Positions 18,778 to 27,485 of a stretch of DNA of 60,732 nt are shown in pieces. The notes beneath the pieces are model-generated. The model was given only the letters and a program-made list of their open reading frames with translations, was not told the origin of the DNA and ran no database searches. The stretch spans positions 1-60,732 of the forward strand of contig CAYQZL010000006.1 in assembly GCA_964421975.1 (NCBI GenBank). The letters are read 5' to 3'. Position 1 is the first letter of the stretch; each line of letters opens with the position of its first letter. The position numbers and the translations under genes were made by a program. Origin of the DNA: an uncultured Rikenellaceae bacterium (GTDB lineage: Bacteria; Bacteroidota; Bacteroidia; Bacteroidales; VadinHA17).

Positions 18778-20919
18778 TTACTGGTAATTCTTAACCACAT
18801 CGATCAGCTCCGGCAGATCCATACCTATTTTCTTCAGGAACTTAATTTCAGGCACTCCGTTTTTGTTCCATCCCCTTCGTTGATAAACGGCATCGAGAAG
18901 CTTTTCATACTGATCTTCCCTGTATCTGCGCAGTATTATCATTTTTCTTTCTGTTGACAATGCTCCGGTGCCGATGCCAAGTTTTTCAATGATCTGTTTG
19001 TCATATCTTTCAGCACGTGATTCATATTCCTCTTTTGTGACAGGTCCGGCCGCCCTGTAAGGCTGTCTGTCGTGAATACGTGTACCATAGCCTCTTCTGA
19101 GGTTGAATACCCGCTGGAAGTTATACACTCTTTCAGAGTCCTCAATGAGACGGTTCTTGTCGAAATCTCTTCCGGTCACAGCCTTATATATTGTTACATA
19201 ATTATCTACATGCTCCGGCACCTTGGCAGGTTCATCCGAAAGGGCATTGCTTTCAGGCTCAACATCGTTCCATGGAAGCTTGCAAAGGCCAACAAGTCCG
19301 AACCATGTTCTGAACATAGGGAAATAATGTAATGCATCGGCTTTCTTCTCAAATGTAGGAAGCTGGTTATTCACCATATCCATGAATATCAGCCAGGCCT
19401 CGTCGTGCTGAGGTCCTTTGTTTGTCATGGCATAACCACCCTGCTGCGCCAGTGACTCTTTTGAAAGATACTGGGAATATTCCAGCCCCTTGTTTTCCAT
19501 TGCAATATCATTCAGGAATGCAGCGTCTCCCCAGCCTCTGCTTATAAACAACTCTTTCATTTTTCTTACACCCATTCCTGCTGTTAGTCCGAAACCCTTT
19601 CCTTCCGCCACCTGATGTAACAATTCAAGAGCGGCATCCTTATTGCCGAATCTGAGGTCGAGGCCTCCGGTCCTTTCAATACTGAGTATCCCGTTCTCAT
19701 AACACTCCATGATGAAAGCGGTAATGGTGCTCCAGCTGATGGTACAAATGCCATATGTGTCGCAATAGAAGTTAGCTTCGATTATATAAGCCGGATCAAA
19801 TATCGCACAGTTTGAACCCAGACCCGCAGCGTTTTCATATTCGGGTCCGTCCACAATGACTTTCTGTCCTTTGCAGGGACCCGTGGTGATCTCAAAATCA
19901 TCAACTGCTTTACTGCATGACATATTGCATCCTATCCAGCATCCGTCGGGAATATTCTGGGTAAAATTTCTTTTCCAGACAGATGAATCGATCTTATAAG
20001 CTTCAGGATGGCTTCCGTATTTGAAATTCATAACCGGAAGAAGGTCATGATCATTCATAATTTCCATAAGATGTGCAGTGCCCACCTGCTTCATCTGGCA
20101 CTGCTTGTCATCAAGTTCGCGCATCTCCCTGTTGAATCTCCGTCCCCGCTCCATTATTGCCTCCAGATCAGCTACATTGTTAAGGTTTCCTTTCACACCG
20201 GGTATCCTGCAGACAAGAGCTTTGATCCTTTTCTTCCTGAAAACGGTTCCCGTACCTCCCCTTCCGGCCTGTTTCTGCCTCACCTTCTTCCTTTTGGGAT
20301 CATAAAAGCTGAAGTTGAGCATACCTATGAGTGATTGTTCCGCGGCGATCCCTGTAGATACTATTCCTATATTTTTTTTGTCACTCTCACTCAATGCAAA
20401 CATATCCGTCAGCTTCTCTGCAAGACAGTGACTGTAAGAATCTTCCCCGCCTGCATCATATATTTCCACACTGTGATTGATGCCATCAATGAATATTATT
20501 ATATCCTGCTCCGCTTTCCCCTGCAGTTCTATTGCATCAAAACCCGAGAATTTCAGAAAAGGTCCAAAGAAACCGCCAACATTGCTGTCCATAACAGAAT
20601 CGGTTGCAGGTGAAATGGTTACCACAAGCGATTTCCCTGTTCCGGAGTACTGTGTTATGCCCCCTATCGGGCCTGAGGAAATGATTATCTCATTTTCCGG
20701 ATCATCCCACTTTGTGTCTGGCTTTGTTGCATCCCAAAGTAATCTTAAACCATAACCCTTCCCGCCTATGAACTTCTCTTTCATCTCAGCCGGAACTTCT
20801 TTCTCCCTGGCTTCCGAACTGCCTGTATTTATATAAAGTATCTTATCTGTGTATCCCCGGTAAAGTGGTGTCCACTTATAATCCCATCCCTTTATCAGCT
20901 TATATTTTATTTTATCCAT
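18778..20919 (-). CDS. aor: Aldehyde:ferredoxin oxidoreductase (tungstopterin AOR family)
   Basis: FIGGKGYG, GPFLKFSGFDAI, QAGRGG, Fe-S motif CWIGCNMSC plus GLCK, DGPEYE, YYQRRGW-like C-terminus. ATG 20919 is preferred over TTG 20946 because the -7 element is at 20955-20962. Confidence 0.9.
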   Translation of the reverse strand: MDKIKYKLIKGWDYKWTPLYRGYTDKILYINTGSSEAREKEVPAEMKEKFIGGKGYGLRLLWDATKPDTKWDDPENEIIISSGPIGGITQYSGTGKSLVVTISPATDSVMDSNVGGFFGPFLKFSGFDAIELQGKAEQDIIIFIDGINHSVEIYDAGGEDSYSHCLAEKLTDMFALSESDKKNIGIVSTGIAAEQSLIGMLNFSFYDPKRKKVRQKQAGRGGTGTVFRKKRIKALVCRIPGVKGNLNNVADLEAIMERGRRFNREMRELDDKQCQMKQVGTAHLMEIMNDHDLLPVMNFKYGSHPEAYKIDSSVWKRNFTQNIPDGCWIGCNMSCSKAVDDFEITTGPCKGQKVIVDGPEYENAAGLGSNCAIFDPAYIIEANFYCDTYGICTISWSTITAFIMECYENGILSIERTGGLDLRFGNKDAALELLHQVAEGKGFGLTAGMGVRKMKELFISRGWGDAAFLNDIAMENKGLEYSQYLSKESLAQQGGYAMTNKGPQHDEAWLIFMDMVNNQLPTFEKKADALHYFPMFRTWFGLVGLCKLPWNDVEPESNALSDEPAKVPEHVDNYVTIYKAVTGRDFDKNRLIEDSERVYNFQRVFNLRRGYGTRIHDRQPYRAAGPVTKEEYESRAERYDKQIIEKLGIGTGALSTERKMIILRRYREDQYEKLLDAVYQRRGWNKNGVPEIKFLKKIGMDLPELIDVVKNYQ

Positions 20920-20954
20920 GACAGTAATCCTGTAATCCCTTACCAATCAAATAT

Positions 20955-21047
20955 CAAATTTAACTTTTTCCGGCTGCTTTCAGCATGATATTAATCAGTT
21001 TGTTATACAGGGCATTTTGGAAATGGTTTAAAAGGTATTTATCTTTG
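20955..21047. promoter_or_regulatory. Divergent promoters of aor (-) and thiF-thiS (+)
   Basis: TAAATTTG on the minus strand at 20962-20955; on the plus strand TTTG (21016-21019), 20-nt spacer, TATCTTTG (21040-21047), a canonical -33/-7 pair. Confidence 0.65.
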
Positions 21048-21062
21048 GACTTATAAACAGAG

Positions 21063-21653
21063 ATGAAGATCTTCGAAATAAGGCAACATCTGTCACATTT
21101 CAGAGTGGGAATAGCGGGAGCGGGTGGACTTGGCTCAAACTGTGCAGTAGCCCTCGCACGAAGCGGCCTCGGAACTCTGGTAATATCAGACTTTGATTTG
21201 GTTGAACCGGTAAATCTTGACCGCCAGTACTATTTTATCAGCCAGACAGGAATGTATAAGACCACTGCACTAAAAGAGACCATTTCACGTATAAGTCCCG
21301 ATACAATAGTGATCCCTCATACTGAAATGCTCAATCCGGATAATATACCTTCAATCTTTACCGGTTGCCATGCCATTATAGAGGCACTCGATGCCGACAA
21401 TATGAAAGAGATGCTCGCCGACACTATTCAGACAAAAATGCCAGGCATTCCGCTTATTTTGGCATCAGGGGTGGCCGGATGGGGAAAAAATGAAACAATA
21501 AGATGCAGGAAAATTGACGATTCACTTTATGTGTGCGGCGATGAGACTTCAGAAACCGGTCCCGGGAATCCCCCCATGGCCCCAAGAGTGGCTGTTGTGG
21601 CTAATATGCAGGCAAATCTGGTACTGGAAATCCTGATGAACAGACAAGCGTGA
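21063..21653 (+). CDS. thiF: Sulfur-carrier adenylyltransferase (ThiF/MoeB/E1 family, short form)
   Basis: GIAGAGGLGSN, DFDLVEPVNLDRQ, IIEALD; no Zn-binding CxxC pairs. Confidence 0.88.
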   Translation: MKIFEIRQHLSHFRVGIAGAGGLGSNCAVALARSGLGTLVISDFDLVEPVNLDRQYYFISQTGMYKTTALKETISRISPDTIVIPHTEMLNPDNIPSIFTGCHAIIEALDADNMKEMLADTIQTKMPGIPLILASGVAGWGKNETIRCRKIDDSLYVCGDETSETGPGNPPMAPRVAVVANMQANLVLEILMNRQA

Positions 21654-21663
21654 ATAATAATTC

Positions 21664-21867
21664 ATGAAGATATCATTCAATAACAGGGAGGAAGAATTAA
21701 GGCAGGACATATTGACTGTGAGCCAGTTCCTGGAAATAAGAAAACTTTCATTCAGGATGCGGATCATCAAGATCAACGGAATACTTATCCCGAAAGATAA
21801 ATATGATACAACAATTATCCGGGATGGAGATAACGTACAGCTTATATATCTGATGAGCGGGGGATGA
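21664..21867 (+). CDS. thiS: Ubiquitin-like sulfur carrier (ThiS/MoaD family)
   Basis: 67 aa, C-terminal Gly-Gly (LMSGG), GDNVQL; next to thiF. Confidence 0.88.
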   Translation: MKISFNNREEELRQDILTVSQFLEIRKLSFRMRIIKINGILIPKDKYDTTIIRDGDNVQLIYLMSGG

Positions 21868-21893
21868 AAAAAAAGTTATAGCTTTGTACAGAG

Positions 21894-22232
21894 ATGGCAA
21901 AGTTCAGTTTCACAGACAGAATACCGGCATTTTTCAGGAGCAAGTATGTTCTTACAATACTTTTATTCCTGATCTGGATATTTCTTCTCGACTCCAATAA
22001 CCTTATTGCAAGGATCAGGGAAATGCGGGAATTGAATAAGCTCAGAAATGAAAAGGAATATTATGCAAATAAAATTGAAGAGGACAGCAGAAAGCTTAAG
22101 GAATTAAGTACTGATAATGACAATCTTGAGAAATTTGCAAGGGAACAGTACCGGATGAAGAAACCGGATGAAGATCTCTATATAGTTCTCTCCCCGCGTG
22201 AAGAAAGAAAGGTCTCCAGACGGAACCATTAA
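21894..22232 (+). CDS. Septum formation initiator (FtsB/DivIC family)
   Basis: One TM helix, coiled coil, LEKFAREQYRMKKPDED. Confidence 0.88.
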   Translation: MAKFSFTDRIPAFFRSKYVLTILLFLIWIFLLDSNNLIARIREMRELNKLRNEKEYYANKIEEDSRKLKELSTDNDNLEKFAREQYRMKKPDEDLYIVLSPREERKVSRRNH

Positions 22233-23491
22233 CTTCCCCTTTCAAGCTGTCTGAAATAATTCAGTAAATAAACAGCATCATCAGATACTACTTCATGACC
22301 CATATACCTCAGCAGTTCAAAAGCTGTTACTGTAACAGGTTTTTTTGAATAAATCCCTTCATGGACATAATTCAGGAATTTTACTATCCTGAACATGCTG
22401 AACCACCCGAAGTACCTTTTACTGAATGATTCAAACGAAGAGGTATTGGAATTTATTTCCGATATCTTAAATACCCATTCCCTCTTATTTATAAAAGATC
22501 TCAGTCCCCGGGGAAGGTTATTATAAATATCTTCCGGATCCTTTGCAGAACAACGGAAAAGATATTTCCGCAGTCCGAATACTGTTTCCAGTTCTCTGAA
22601 AGCACCGAAATCATAAGTAAGGAAATGCTGACCCTGTTTTCCGGATAACATAGAGATAGTGGCTCCTGTCCCGAAAGGAACCCGCATAGATTCTCTGGCC
22701 GAAGGATATACAGCAGTGGAATTAAGGGAAAAATAAGTACCCGACTGAACCAGTTTCTGGATGAAATAAAAATCCTCTCCTGCCTCTCTGCGGTTCATTC
22801 CCCCAACACTTACATACTCTCCTGCCTTTACTGCCATAGCAGAACCAACTGTATGAAAGGCATAAGGATATCCTATTGTCCGGAGGGCACAGACATAATA
22901 ACGTAAATGCAATTCATAACTTACTATATTGCGGCACCCACCGCTGCCAGATTTATCTGACTGAAAAGGATGTTCAAAATAAAGTGAACAGGATGTATGT
23001 TTTTTGCTGTTCAGCAGTTCTTTTTCAATTGAAACAAAATAATTTTTTTCGACGGTACAATCTGCATCAAGACAAACAATTGCTCCGCCGGGATTATCTG
23101 TTGCATCAAAGCGCCTTACTGCTTCATCCATTCCTGTTTTCCTGGCCAGTCCCACACCCCAACCTTTTATTGACGGTATTCCGGTATCAAAATAATAAAG
23201 CCGGAAGAAGCAACAGGAATTGTTCTTTTTCCAGGTTTCAATATTTTCAATACATTTCCGGTTATTCAGGACTGCTTCCGGCAGGGGGTCCTTTTTCTGA
23301 TTTACAATTATTATTACTTCAGCTTTACAGCCAGGTTCTTTACATGATGCAAGTGAATCCAGTACCAGAGCGATATCCGGTTCACTGTATGCAGGTATTA
23401 CTACAATTATACCTGTATTGTCACAAGGTTTTTCTTTGAATAATTCCGGGAACAGGGCATTTTCCGCCAGCCACTTTGTGGCAAAACCCAT
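22229..23491 (-). CDS. GT-A fold glycosyltransferase, family 2-like, substrate unknown
   Basis: VVIPAYSE, GVGLARKTGMD, DADC (DxD), GGM....GEDFYF. Confidence 0.75.
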   Translation of the reverse strand: MGFATKWLAENALFPELFKEKPCDNTGIIVVIPAYSEPDIALVLDSLASCKEPGCKAEVIIIVNQKKDPLPEAVLNNRKCIENIETWKKNNSCCFFRLYYFDTGIPSIKGWGVGLARKTGMDEAVRRFDATDNPGGAIVCLDADCTVEKNYFVSIEKELLNSKKHTSCSLYFEHPFQSDKSGSGGCRNIVSYELHLRYYVCALRTIGYPYAFHTVGSAMAVKAGEYVSVGGMNRREAGEDFYFIQKLVQSGTYFSLNSTAVYPSARESMRVPFGTGATISMLSGKQGQHFLTYDFGAFRELETVFGLRKYLFRCSAKDPEDIYNNLPRGLRSFINKREWVFKISEINSNTSSFESFSKRYFGWFSMFRIVKFLNYVHEGIYSKKPVTVTAFELLRYMGHEVVSDDAVYLLNYFRQLERGS

Positions 23492-23496
23492 GATTC

Positions 23497-24108
23497 TTAT
23501 TTTTTCGTCGCTTTTTCCGACTTATATTTCAGATTGATCGCCTCTGTTACCTTTTCGGTGATATCAAGTGCTGAATCGCCATACAGGACTACACTGCCGA
23601 ATGATTTACCAAGTATATACTGGTAATTGAATTCAGACTTATTCTGTTCCAGGTAAGTGGTTATATAATCAATGATCTGTCTGTTCATCACCTGTTCTTC
23701 TTCAAGAAGGTTCGTCTGGAGATTATCCCTGAGCGATATCAGATCCTGCTGTTGTTTAAGCAGACCCTGTTCCATCTCTGCAGCTGTAGCACGTGTAACC
23801 AGTCCTTTTGTCACTTTTTCCTGGAAATCCCTTGCATCCCTTTCATACTTGTTTCCCTTGGATGTGAGTTCTGTTTCAGCATTCTTCTGCTTGGCCATCA
23901 GTTCTTCCCGTCTGTCAAAGAACATATCAAAATTCATTATGACCGAATCGATGTTGACAAACGCTATACCCTCTGATGTTACCGCAGCGGGAAGGTTCTC
24001 CTGACTGCCGGGCATTACTTTCTTATTTCCGCTAAAATGAAGTATATAAAGAATGATTAATGCAAGAAATAAAACTGAAAAAAGGGCAATGGACAGATTC
24101 TTCATCAC
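23497..24108 (-). CDS. OmpH/Skp family chaperone (membrane-anchored type)
   Basis: N-terminal hydrophobic helix, IAFVNIDSV, coiled coil, LDITEKV; TATATTTG -7 element at 24145-24138. Confidence 0.85.
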   Translation of the reverse strand: MMKNLSIALFSVLFLALIILYILHFSGNKKVMPGSQENLPAAVTSEGIAFVNIDSVIMNFDMFFDRREELMAKQKNAETELTSKGNKYERDARDFQEKVTKGLVTRATAAEMEQGLLKQQQDLISLRDNLQTNLLEEEQVMNRQIIDYITTYLEQNKSEFNYQYILGKSFGSVVLYGDSALDITEKVTEAINLKYKSEKATKK

Positions 24109-24194
24109 AGATTTAATATTGGTTAAACATTAGTCCGCAAATATAAAAACAATTAAATAAACGGAACTAATTAAAGAAAGTAAATTACGCCAAT

Positions 24195-25205
24195 TTAAAA
24201 CTCCGGACAGGGAATTGCCCTGATTTTTCTTTTCTGTGGATTTAGTGAGAATGAAGTGAATTCGTATATTATTGCAAGTTCGTGGGCTCCTGCTGTTGAA
24301 CTGATCAGATTAGATATTGTAAAGTCGTAGCTGTATCCCAGATGAAACTGGTTTGTTTTTATACCTACAAGTCCTATTATTGCATCGCCGGCCTGGGATG
24401 TCATGAATGGTATACCCCTGTACCACATACCAAATATCAGAGGATCACGGTAATAATAAAGACCCAGATCGGTCTGGTAAAATTTTGCCTGTTTCTGGAA
24501 GTTTACCGCAACAGAAAGTACTTCCTGGAGCTTAACCCTGAGCCTCGTTTTTCTCATGATCTGGGTACCTCCAAAAAGATTGAATTTTACCGGTACATTT
24601 GAATCCTCCCCATAAAAGGAAGTTTTAGGTACGAGCAGATGATCGAGTGTAAATCCGGCCCAGACCCGGTCATTATAAACCAGTGCTGATGTGGCAAAAT
24701 CAACATCCGCAACATTATCAAAAGGCGGCGGATAGACAGATGGAGTGGTTCCACTGCCTGTCAGCTGACTATTGAATATCAGTTTATAGATATCAAGTCC
24801 CAGATAATAGAATTTGAACTGTACCCCCGGTCTTATATGCCATTCCTTGTTTATATTGAAATCGTATGAATATACCAGACCGATATTTGTTGTGCTCAGA
24901 TCACCGGAACCGGCTACATCATATGTTGCAAGGACCCCGATCCCTGAATTAAAATTGGGCATTGCCTTATCAAACGAAATACTGTAAGTGTGGAATACAC
25001 CGGGTACAGCAGGCCACTGGTTTCTGTAATTCATCCCCAGGCGGTACTCTTCTGTTGCACCAGCAAATGATGGTGCAAGATATAATGGATTTGCATAAAA
25101 CTGTGAAAATGTCGGATCCTGACCCCGGCTTTCTACAACCAGAATTAATAATACTGCTACAATATATATGATTCTTTTGTGCAAACCCCTTAACTTGACT
25201 TTCAC
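24195..25205 (-). CDS. PorP/SprF family T9SS outer-membrane barrel
   Basis: QDPTFSQFYANPLYLAPSFAG, NYRNQWP, GYSYDFTIS, GAHEL. Confidence 0.92.
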   Translation of the reverse strand: MKVKLRGLHKRIIYIVAVLLILVVESRGQDPTFSQFYANPLYLAPSFAGATEEYRLGMNYRNQWPAVPGVFHTYSISFDKAMPNFNSGIGVLATYDVAGSGDLSTTNIGLVYSYDFNINKEWHIRPGVQFKFYYLGLDIYKLIFNSQLTGSGTTPSVYPPPFDNVADVDFATSALVYNDRVWAGFTLDHLLVPKTSFYGEDSNVPVKFNLFGGTQIMRKTRLRVKLQEVLSVAVNFQKQAKFYQTDLGLYYYRDPLIFGMWYRGIPFMTSQAGDAIIGLVGIKTNQFHLGYSYDFTISNLISSTAGAHELAIIYEFTSFSLNPQKRKIRAIPCPEF

Positions 25206-25349
25206 CTGCGAAATTAACTATAACTATTAATCTCTAATTTCACCGTTGTACGGATTTTCTCACTAAAAGTTAAAGTTATTAACAAAAATATTACTGCAGT
25301 CAGCCCCGGATTTAGCTAAATAATTGTATCTCAGACTTCCGGTTAAATG

Positions 25350-25385
25350 TTTTTTTGTAAGCTCAGATTTTTTTGTAAGCTCTGA
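25350..25385. repeat. 18-bp tandem direct repeat, two copies
   Basis: TTTTTTTGTAAGCTCAGA / TTTTTTTGTAAGCTCTGA, one mismatch; intergenic, upstream of the porP-like gene. Confidence 0.9.
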
Positions 25386-25393
25386 AATGAGAA

Positions 25394-26719
25394 TCAGTTT
25401 TTTAGCAATGTAAGATCTCCCATTTTTGTAAATGCCTCGCCGTTTATGTAATTGCCCCTGACTTTCCAGATATAAACTCCGGAATGACATAACTGGCCTT
25501 TATGATAACCATCCCAGCCAATGTTTATATCATTGCTTTCAAAAATCAGGATTCCCCGTTTACTGAAGATTTTCAGCTGATATTCCGTTACTCCCGATGA
25601 AACAGGATGAAAGATGTTGGCAGCATCATCGCTTGAAGCCGAATAAAAGCCCCCCTGAGGTCCATTCTGATCCGGGAAAAAGGCATTGGGAAATCTGATA
25701 TAATTCTCTGATAACTTAAACGGATTGACAACAACAGTAGTATCAGTACAACCTTCTTCTGAAGTAACTATCAGACTGACATTATAATCACCCGATTCCC
25801 TGTAAACATGAACCGGTTCATATAGTTCAGAGGTACCACCGTCACCGAAAAACCACCTGCATTTTACGGCATTGACAGAATAGTTCACCAGAGTAATTTT
25901 ATTCCCCGGCATCCTTTCATCTCCGCCTGTTATCTGAAAGTGTGCAACAGGCCGGGGAAAAACAGTTATCAGACAGGTCGAAACAGAATGTAGCTCACCT
26001 GAGATATAAGCATGAAGAGTGACTTTATATTCTCCTTCCACATCATATATCCATACAGGGTTTATATCATCCGATACTCCTCCGTCACCGAATGCCCATC
26101 TGCATTTATCAAAAGAAGTTTCTCCGGGTTGAAATGATACTTTGAGAGGACAACATCCTTTTGTAACAGAAGCGCGTATCTGCCCGGAAGATGGAAATGA
26201 GCTCCTGAGTTTCTGATTTTCCGGATCAGTTTTCCGGATTAAACCTCTTCTGCCTGCCGCATCTAATATTTCAGGTCCTAACGGGATATTATGTATTTCG
26301 TCGGGAATCTTTTCAGAAGGTATTTCAGTCACCTGAATATCACTGATCCCGGTACTTATCTCAATCAGGTTTTTGTCCTTGCGGCTGATATTTAAATCCG
26401 GTGAAGAGGTAAAGGCAGCTACAGGTGAATCCGTTACAGACCGGACCTTCAGAGTTTCAACAGCAGCATCCGGAGATGAATCTGTTCCCTTATTCAAATC
26501 GCCTGCAGTCAGAAAAATGATCAGGGCAGCCGCACAGGCTGTTGCAATAATGCCTGCATACCAGATATTAAAACGGAAAGGATTGAAACGAAAGAATTCT
26601 TTCACAGCCAGTCTCCGGAAAAATTCTTCCTCCATAGCCTGTGAAGGTATGATCCCGGCATGCTCAAGACCTTGCCGGAACAGTTCTCTCAGAATCTTGT
26701 CTTCCTTCTTGTTCTTCAC
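25394..26719 (-). CDS. Probable anti-sigma factor: short cytoplasmic N-terminus, TM helix, two PKD domains, T9SS type-B (CHU_C) C-terminal domain
   Basis: DKILRELFRQGLE..PS N-terminus; TM IWYAGIIATACAAALIIFL; two FGDGG PKD motifs; FPNAF, IF...G.LIFES, WDG, GVYIWK, GDLTLL; GTG start 18 nt after the sigma stop. Confidence 0.8.
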   Translation of the reverse strand: MKNKKEDKILRELFRQGLEHAGIIPSQAMEEEFFRRLAVKEFFRFNPFRFNIWYAGIIATACAAALIIFLTAGDLNKGTDSSPDAAVETLKVRSVTDSPVAAFTSSPDLNISRKDKNLIEISTGISDIQVTEIPSEKIPDEIHNIPLGPEILDAAGRRGLIRKTDPENQKLRSSFPSSGQIRASVTKGCCPLKVSFQPGETSFDKCRWAFGDGGVSDDINPVWIYDVEGEYKVTLHAYISGELHSVSTCLITVFPRPVAHFQITGGDERMPGNKITLVNYSVNAVKCRWFFGDGGTSELYEPVHVYRESGDYNVSLIVTSEEGCTDTTVVVNPFKLSENYIRFPNAFFPDQNGPQGGFYSASSDDAANIFHPVSSGVTEYQLKIFSKRGILIFESNDINIGWDGYHKGQLCHSGVYIWKVRGNYINGEAFTKMGDLTLLKN

Positions 26720-26737
26720 TTATTTACAACCAAAATT

Positions 26738-27304
26738 TCACTGGCTGTCTGCCGGATAATAAACTCTCAACGTTCTTAATTTTTCCAGTTTTTCCCTTAT
26801 GACTGCTTTTGCCCTGCTATACTGAGACTTTGAGGTGTTTGTATCAATCTTCAGCATTTTTGCTATCTCCTTATGCTTATAACCTTCTATGGCATAAAGA
26901 TTGAAAACCATCCTGTAACCGGCGGAGAGATCATTAAGGACCTTATACAGCTCATCAGATGTGAAAAAGTCCTCATCAAAACATGAACTACCAACCTCGG
27001 ATAGCGCAAATTCATCAATATCAATATTATACCTGAATTTAAGGTTTTTATGATAATGAGTAATGGCAGTGTTAACCGCAACTTTTCTCAACCAGCCTAT
27101 AAAAGAACCTGTTCCTGTAAATTCGTCGATGTTGAAGTATATTTTCAGCAAACTTTCCTGCAGTATATCTTCTGCCTCAGCTCTGTCAACAGCAAACCTG
27201 AGACAAACACCCAAAAGGAACCTTGAGTATTTGTCATACAGCATTTTCTGAGCTTTACGGTCATGCCTGGCACAACCAAGTATGATCTGCTGGTCGCTCA
27301 TCAT
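26738..27304 (-). CDS. ECF RNA polymerase sigma-70 factor
   Basis: AQKMLYDKY, AEDILQE, GSFIGWLRKVAVN, YRMVFNLYAIEGYKHKEIA, TSKSQYSRAK. Confidence 0.95.
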   Translation of the reverse strand: MMSDQQIILGCARHDRKAQKMLYDKYSRFLLGVCLRFAVDRAEAEDILQESLLKIYFNIDEFTGTGSFIGWLRKVAVNTAITHYHKNLKFRYNIDIDEFALSEVGSSCFDEDFFTSDELYKVLNDLSAGYRMVFNLYAIEGYKHKEIAKMLKIDTNTSKSQYSRAKAVIREKLEKLRTLRVYYPADSQ

Positions 27305-27320
27305 AAGCTGAGGACAATTT

Positions 27321-27350
27321 TAAGACAACCCCGGAGAAAAAATGGTTGCA
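27321..27350 (-). promoter_or_regulatory. Putative ECF-dependent autoregulatory promoter
   Basis: TGCAACC-N16-TGTCTTA, matching the ECF -35 AAC / -10 (C/T)GTC pattern, 16 nt before the sigma ATG. Confidence 0.55.
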
Positions 27351-27485
27351 TTGCCTGAATAATTATTCCAAATGAAAAAATTGACTTTCCTTTGTATGTA
27401 TACGATGACAAAGGTCATCAAAAATTAATTTGATTCAACCTTTATTAGTGTCGAAAAATTAACAATTATCAACAATCGCCCTGCC

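Noticed and set aside
22876-23439. 187-aa plus-strand ORF
   Set aside because: Fully antisense to the glycosyltransferase, with no motifs. The other short nested ORFs in the track were rejected for the same reason.
25263-25490. 75-aa ORF containing the KKSELT duplication
   Set aside because: It overlaps the anti-sigma 3' end in another frame, and the peptide repeat merely reflects the 18-bp DNA duplication.
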